From Amoebophrya sp. A120 (Eukaryota > Protista > Dinoflagellata), in NCBI GenBank assembly GCA_905178155.1, contig CAJINV010000003.1, positions 3,114,418 through 3,145,245 on the forward strand: a DNA stretch of 30,828 nucleotides, written 5' to 3'. The translations under genes and the position numbers were made by a program. The notes below the pieces were generated by a model. That model saw only the letters and a program-made list of their open reading frames with translations, did not search any database and was not told where the DNA came from. Positions 24,701 through 30,828 of this stretch are shown piece after piece. The stretch's first letter is position 1. The number at the start of each line of letters is the position of its first letter.

Positions 24701-27700
24701 CGAGACGCTGGTCGGCCGCTTCCCCACGGACGCGCCGCGGTCGCTGGAACCGCAGCCGCTCCCGATCTCCCTCGCGGGGCTGGACCGGCAGTTGGTGCAG
24801 GAGCACTACACCACCATGAAGGAGTGGCGCGAGTACTACCGCCGGGTGGAGCGGGAAAAGGTCGAGGCCGCGAACGCCAAGAAGGTGGCCGAGCTGCTTG
24901 GCGCCGCGGAAGAACAGAAGCGGTTGGAGGACGAGCGGGAGCACCGGCTGGCGTCGCAGAAGTTTTTTCGCGTTAACGAGGTGCTGGAAGCCGTCGAGGA
25001 CGGGGTTCCGCGCGACATCAAGGACATGTTCAAGAAGCGGGTGGAGACCAGCGACCGCGCGAAGCTGGACATATGAGGGTGCACAACTCTCTTTCCCCCT
25101 CTTTTGTCGTGCAAAATCCCAAATCCAGTTGCTGCCTTGTGGCACTGTTTGCATAACAAACTTCGGAAGCCGAAACAGTACCACGCTGAGAGCATGAACT
25201 TGTCATGCACAGCATCCACGAGTGCTGGTGTTTGTATTGCCTTTCATGCAAGACAAATGAGGGAGAGCGGCAGTTGTGCACTTTCATAGGACAACGTGAC
25301 TACCTACAAGGCGGTGCTGGTCCGCAAGATGCCGGAGGAGGACTGGGGCATCAAGTTCGACCCCCGGCTGGAGCAGGCCGGGCAGAAGGTGATCCGGAAC
25401 GTGATTATCGATTACAAGGTGCCGAACGTGGTCACCCGGTGGAACCGGCTGCAGGCGGAGCGGCGGATGCCGTACCTGGAGGTCCGGGTCGGCGACCGGC
25501 TGCTGGCGGTGAACGGAAAAACTTCCATTTTCGCCATGGACGAACAGATGGAGCGCAGCAAGGAAATCCGGTGCGAATTCTGTCGCACGGGCGACGCGAG
25601 GAGGCCCTTGCCGGACCGCCGGCACGCGGGGAACAAGGAGGAACTACTGGCGGGCGCACAGTTCGACAAAGACGTGCAGGTACTTTTTTTACGTAGAAGT
25701 CATGGTGGGGTTCTGGTTTTTGTTTTTCGACGAAAACGTTTTTTTTACTTTCAGAGTTGTGTACTCTTTATTTTGGCACGGTGCGCAGTTTCTCTTTCTA
25801 TGTGTTTTCAGCATGAAACCCAGGTCTTCAACAGCGACGTGATGCGGGAGCCGCACCGGGTCTTGTTCAAGAGTCACGAGCCGCTCGGGTTCGCGATCGA
25901 CTGGCGGTCGGGGTTCCCGTTGCGCGTCAAGTACGTGGCGAAGGGCTCGATGGCCCTGAAGATGGGCATGCAGGAAAACGACATCATTTTTGCCATCAAC
26001 GGCCAGGTATCAAATGTAAAAATGTCTGGGTCTGGAAGAGTGTAAACTTGTCATGCAGATTTTCCATCACCCATGAGGTCTGGAATGCGGGACTTAGCAT
26101 GACAGCCTCTGCGAGGTCTCTGCCATGCCTATCCTGCATGAGAAACTCCCTGCCAACTTCGTCGAAAGTGAACAGCTTTTTGCACTCATGCAACACAGAT
26201 TTTTGTATGCTTGAGATTTACCATGACAAGTTACCACCTTCCAGACCCAGACATTTTTGCAATGCATACCAGGAGGTTCTAAAGCGCCACTTCGAGGGCC
26301 CGGAGGGAACCGAAGGGTGCAGGAAGCAGATCGATCCGGCCTTACGGGAACGACCATTGGAGGTTGTGCTGCACAGAGGTACAATTGTGCTTACTTTTAT
26401 TTACTGCGATCTGTTATTTGAATTCACCCGTTGTAGTTTTCCGCAGAAATAAGGATCTACGCGACTATAGCTTTAGCTTGAATCTGAAGTTGTAAGTATC
26501 CGAAAAAAGTGACAAGGTCTTGAAATTATTAGGCGGGACCTATATGATCAGGCGTTAAGAACGAGAAAAATAGAATAAACGCAACACATCATCAAAATAC
26601 AATTATCCAAACCCAGCCATCCGTTTCGAGATGTTGAAGTGCTTCCCGCCCCGAGCGAAGACCGTGATTCGAATGATAGTGCCGGAGGGTATTCGTCTGG
26701 GCTTTACGTTCGACGTCGACCAGATGCCACCACCGGTGCGGCACGTGAAGCCGTTTTCGCGCGCGATGCGCACCAATGTGCACATTGCGGACGCGCTAGT
26801 GGCGGTGAACGGGCAGAAGGTGGCCAACTACATGCTGGAGAGCTACTCGGGCATCACCGGAACCGGGCACACCATCCTGGACCAGCTGCTGGCGGAGCGA
26901 CCACTGGAACTGATCTTCGAGCGCGGTCACTACGAGCTATCAAATGCAAATATGTCTGGGTCTGGAAGGATGTAACTTGTGATGCTGCGTCTGGATTCTA
27001 CAAAAATCTGCATTGCGTGAACAGCAAAACAGGTCTAGTTTTTGCCACGTCGAGAGGGGGGGGAAGCCCTCGCAAAATCTGTGATGCTAGGGCAAGCATC
27101 ACAGGCATCAGGAGTCATACAAAATGTGCATGACACCAGACCCAGACACTTTTGCACTTCATACGGGCCGCCCTACCCCGAAAACTTCATCATCACAAAT
27201 TGCGGCTTCGCCTACGATCCCGAAACTGTTATCACTTTCACGCTCGGCGGCCTCGTACCCGCAAGCTTCCGCTACGAATACAACCCGTTGCGGGATATTT
27301 TGCCGAGGCTCGGCGCACCGTTGCCGAAAAATCTGCTGCGGAAAGGTAGAGATGAATAGATGATAGAGAAAATGCATAGAGTAGGTGGAACCCTTAAAAA
27401 CGTTAACATAAGTACTTACTTCCACGCCACACTTTCCTTATCAGATCTCTGCGTAGTTAGTTCCTCGTGCGCGACAGTTTTTGACTTCTTGTACCCGTGA
27501 GTATCTATCTGTATCAAAATCCGCTCAAGGTCTTCGGGAGGGCGACTTCATCCTGGCGATCGACGGGATCATGTTTTACGACTTCGAGAATTACGAGCAC
27601 GAGTTCCCGACAAAGCTGTACGCGCCGGACGAGAAAAAGATCAAGTTCATGCTGCACGACGAGGACCGCATGTTCACCATCGGCGCCCTGCGCCTGCAGT

Positions 27701-29303
27701 CGCACTGGCGCGGCCACCACGCCCGGAAAAACGTGTACGCCAACCTCAAGGCGAAGGCCATCGAGGAAAAGTTCACGAAGATGATGATGAACAAGATGGC
27801 AAACGTGGTCCGGTCCGAGGAGGACGAGCAGGCAATCAAGGAGCGCATGGTAGTGAAACTGCAGAAGGCCTGGCGACGCCGACAGGTCATCAAGGAGGCG
27901 AAGCAGCGAGCGTACTGCTTTAATACTGAAGATTTACTTGCTCATGATACTTGGTTTTCTTGGATTCAATAGTTTCTTGTTCTTCCGGTTGTTGTCTCTT
28001 GAAGGGAAATATCATATGATCTTTTTGAAAAATCTAATCACGACCTCTAAATTGCACAGCCGCGAAAAGGAGATAGAGGCGGCGCTGCGGGGGAGTGGCG
28101 GGCAGCTGATGCTCGACGAGCATGGAAATATGGTGCCGGTGCCGGTCTCCCCCCACGCCCACATTCTGCTCAACAAGCAGCCCACCGGACCCCTGGTGGA
28201 CATTCCCGAAAGCGAGGGCTTCAGTTCCAGCGGCGCGTCCGATCAGGAGGTGATCGGGTCCACGCCGTTAGCGCTGGCTAAGCCGCCGCCGTTCTCGAGT
28301 TACTTCGTGAAGTTGAGTCGCGAACCGAACCAGAAGTGGGGCATCGCGTTTGATATCGACCGCGGCATCCTGATCAACGTGACGACGGACGGGATGTTTG
28401 CCAGCTGGCGGGACAACAAGGTCACTGTGGGCGATATCTTGTATTCCGTCAACGGACAAGTGGAACCGCGCAAGTTCTACGAAATTCTTGCATCCGCAAA
28501 GGACGTCCGGGTACTTACAATTTTTTTTGCTCCAAGTTCAGTTGTACGGCCCACGTTGTTAAGATTGAGTTTTTTTTACTGGGTGAATTCTTTCCGAGAG
28601 TCAAAAATTTTTGCTGTATGCGGTGCCTGCTTCCATGCAGAGAATATTATGCTGGATGAAATTGAATCTATTGTCGGTCATTCCTCCTCCCAGGTGGAGT
28701 TCCGACGGCTGCGCACGGCGGAGAACCGTGCGCCCTTCGAGGCTACAATCACCCGGCAGAGTGCAGATGAGAAGTGGGGCCTGATCCTGGACATGGGTAC
28801 GGGGGAGATCACCCGCATCACCGACAAGGGGCCGTCCGCGCGGTATAACCAGGAGGTGGTGCGGGCCACCGCGAGCAAGTCAAACTGTCTGCACCCGGGG
28901 GACAAGGTGCTCGCGGTCAACAAGGTGCCGTTGGGAGGCTATCAAATGCAAAAATGTCTGGGTCTGGAAGAATCCGAACTTGTGATGCTGCATTTGGATT
29001 CCAAAAAAATCTGTATTGCATAAGCAGCAAAGGGAATGCAATTTTGGCTACGTGGAGAGGGCATTTGTCATGCGGAATTGGCATCGCGAAGCCCTCAAAA
29101 AGTCTGTGATGCTAGGGCATGCATCACAGAAATCATGGCCCATGCGAAACGTGCATGACAGGTCTCAGAATCTTCCAGAACCAGACATTTTTGCATTTCA
29201 TAGAGGCCAAGACGAAACCATGTTTCAGGGAGTACAGCTGCAACTCTTCGTGGTCCCCCGCACCTTCGAGCAACTGCTGCCAAGCCGGGCCGCCGCGCTC
29301 TAG
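18777..29303 (+). CDS. ~2,330-aa multi-PDZ, IQ-motif protein, 18 exons: 18777-18908, 19021-19327, 19478-19777, 20105-20199, 20370-22955, 23225-23257, 23524-23960, 24093-24481, 24700-25071, 25294-25679, 25824-26006, 26273-26378, 26617-26937, 27169-27345, 27530-27911, 28060-28510, 28694-28937, 29206-29303
   Basis: Nine ordinary phase-compatible GT-AG introns plus eight TIR-element introns give a 6,999-nt open frame. About nine PDZ-like units (WGI/LGF ... GD-x-(L/I)-x-x-(V/I)NG), IQ-like motifs LQSHWRGHHARK and LQKAWRRRQVIK, N-terminus MGGIVSKKK. Confidence 0.88.
19778..20099. mobile_element. Intron-forming TIR element (family C), 322 bp, TSD CATGC
   Basis: CATGC at 19773-19777 and 20100-20104; arms AGGAAAAATCCCCCCTCCCCATA / TATGGGGAGGGGGGATTTTTCCT plus an inner IR. 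Removal gives EINDMPVCP. Confidence 0.93.
22957..23220. mobile_element. Intron-forming TIR element family A (orientation 1), 264 bp, TSD CGAGG
   Basis: TIR core TGCAAAAATGTCTGGGTCTGGAAGAATGCA; TSD at 22952 and 23221; removable as GT-AG intron 22956-23224. Confidence 0.95.
23258..23518. mobile_element. Family A element (orientation 2), 261 bp, TSD TCCAG/TCAAG
   Basis: Same TIR. Removing 266 nt gives WNEYVQDVGAFG, in frame with the PDZ GDLVLSFND. Confidence 0.93.
24482..24694. mobile_element. Family B element, 213 bp, TSD GTCGT
   Basis: TIR TATGA(C/G)AGTGCACAAC; TSD at 24477 and 24695. Removal gives LAPTSFETLVG. Confidence 0.93.
25072..25288. mobile_element. Family B element, 217 bp, TSD GGACA
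   Basis: Colinear homologue of 24482-24694; TSD at 25067 and 25289. Removal gives AKLDNVTTYK. Confidence 0.93.
26008..26268. mobile_element. Family A element (orientation 1), 261 bp, TSD CCAGG
   Basis: TIRs present; TSD at 26003 and 26269; GT-AG intron 26007-26272 gives AINGQEVLK. Confidence 0.95.
26938..27163. mobile_element. Family A element (orientation 2, internally shortened), 226 bp, TSD CGAGC/CGGGC
   Basis: TIRs present. Removing 231 nt gives GHY(E/G)PPYPEN. Confidence 0.92.
28940..29202. mobile_element. Family A element (orientation 2), 263 bp, TSD GAGGC
   Basis: TIRs present; TSD at 28935 and 29203. Removal gives KVPLGGQDETMF. Confidence 0.95.
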
Positions 29304-30732
29304 ACGGCATGGAATTAATATTCGTATAGCTGTTCTCGAACTACATTTTAGAACTGTAGTTCAGTAGTTTTCAACATCAATCCTTGTTGATAACAACGAA
29401 CAACGTACAAGATGGCTGTAGTTGATATAGCTCGAATGATGTTTGTTGCAGGTGGGCTCGTGTGGTCGTAGTTCCCGAATGTACAACTCTAATCGGCGTT
29501 GCGAGCGCGACACGAATGCTGATTTTTCTGTCCAATGAACTATCTAATAAATTCGTTTCTCTTCACTAATGAACTCTAGAATTCGATTTTGGTTTCAAAT
29601 GAACTGTAATCGCAACTGTAATAAAACAAGCGCTAGTTGAGATACTCACTGCAACGCTCGAGTTGTCTGGCGCCTGACGGACAGCAGAGTGTGAGCGATG
29701 GTAGATATGATCGCAAGCAGAAAACAAAGTTTGGTCCTTCGTATCTTACAAGAGCAAAAAACCGTTATTTTCGTAGATTCACACCCAATTGCAGAACAGA
29801 CGTGAGTCTGGATAAAACGCTGATTGTAGATTCTTCACCGCATTCTTTTTGGATGGAAATTAGGCTCTGCTCGTAAACAATTGCATTTCAAAGAACGCCG
29901 TATTCTCGTCTGTACAATAAAAGAAGGAAAAGAACAAGAAGAAGGAATAGGATAATGTCCGTAAGTCAGGACTTAGTCTTGCGGCTTTCGGCGCGGATCG
30001 GTCGAGCGGTAGGGATGAAATAGCGTACTCTCTTTCAATTATGTTCGCCGCCGTGTTGGATCAATATTTGTATTTACTGTGGTCTATGTTGTGAGATACA
30101 AGCTCGGTCAAACAAAGCCGGTCGTCAGGATTTTGGTCGTGCTGAGTCGATCGCAACTGCTCGGAGTAGTTTTTGTGCTCAAAAGGTCACAATGAGGGTC
30201 TTTTGTGCTCAGACAGTGAGGGTCTTTCCACACTTGAATGACGAAAAAACCTAGCCTCAGTCAACGACGTTACCACTAGGGTATCAGGGCAGGCTATTCC
30301 TGCCGCGCGTCGGAGGAGGGAGTAGCGCCGAGCCACGCTCGAACTAATCATCATCACAAGGTTCTCGCAAAGACGCAGCTCTCTGTTTATTGTTCACTGA
30401 GAAAATTATTGCACGAGGATGGCGTGCGCATTTTTTCGATAGATTTTCATGGTCAGATGTGATCCGCGTGCAATTTGAACGTTCCTCGATGCAGGAAGAA
30501 ATGCACTCCGTGGCCCCCTCTAGTACTAGTCGCAAGCTACCCTTGACCCACTCCGCACTAGAAACCAAAAGCAACACACAACAACGACCAGGCAGGCACC
30601 CCGCCGCACCCTCACGCACTCCCCACCGGCGCACAGCAAGGCGACAGTCCCAGTTGTGCAGACACAGCCGGGCCTCTAATGTTCTGGCCCTCGCCTCAAG
30701 CGCCCCCGTCTTTCTGAACCTCCAGCGGAAGT

Positions 30733-30828
30733 GCCCTAGCGGCCTAGCCTCGAGCCCTAGCGGCCTAGCCTCGAGCCCTAGCGGCCTAGCCTCGAGCCCT
30801 AGCGGCCTAGCCTCGAGCCCTAGCGGCC
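30733..30828. repeat. 21-bp tandem repeat (GCCCTAGCGGCCTAGCCTCGA)n, ~4.5 copies, running off the window end
   Basis: Perfect tandem copies read directly from the sequence. Confidence 0.97.

Noticed and set aside
27521-27529. Dinoflagellate spliced-leader relic (GCTCAAG)
   Set aside because: Only 7 nt match, and it is the acceptor of an internal intron.
22957-29202. Recurring peptides KMSGSGR / QKCLGLE / PDPDIFAF in the ORF track as a protein repeat
   Set aside because: They are translations of the family A TIR and fall in intronic sequence.
18777-29303. Multi-PDZ locus as a transposon-disrupted pseudogene or as several genes
   Set aside because: All 18 exons join in one frame without stops and keep a GC-rich codon bias. 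Similar elements also interrupt Tctex-1 and the fusion gene.
29310-30730. Gene or ncRNA downstream of the PDZ gene
   Set aside because: No convincing ORF and no tRNA- or rRNA-like sequence; only short local repeats.
30733-30828. Telomeric repeat
   Set aside because: The 21-bp CCTAG-containing unit is not a TTAGGG/TTTAGGG-type array, and the C-rich strand faces the wrong way for a right-hand end.

Overview
Eukaryotic genomic DNA with GC-rich exons, AT-richer introns and every supportable gene on the + strand. This organisation resembles an alveolate such as the parasitic dinoflagellate Amoebophrya (inference, not provable here). Confident genes: RPL15 (3 exons, 204 aa), a Tctex-1 dynein light chain, a small multi-TM protein, an 18-exon ~2,330-aa multi-PDZ/IQ protein, and a ~1,110-aa four-domain fusion (Nudix, RNA cap N7-methyltransferase-like, NadD/NMNAT-like nucleotidyltransferase, P-loop kinase). 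The main structural signal is ten 213-322 bp elements from about four families that interrupt coding sequence. All run TAT...ATA, have terminal inverted repeats and a 5-bp target duplication, and share an internal TTGT(C/G)ATGC motif. Removing each element plus one duplication restores the frame. Most lack GT-AG ends, but one fixed register makes all of them N-TAT... introns, 8 of 10 ending in G. Tandem repeats lie at both window ends and near 4.2 kb. Exon models were derived by hand, without transcript data.
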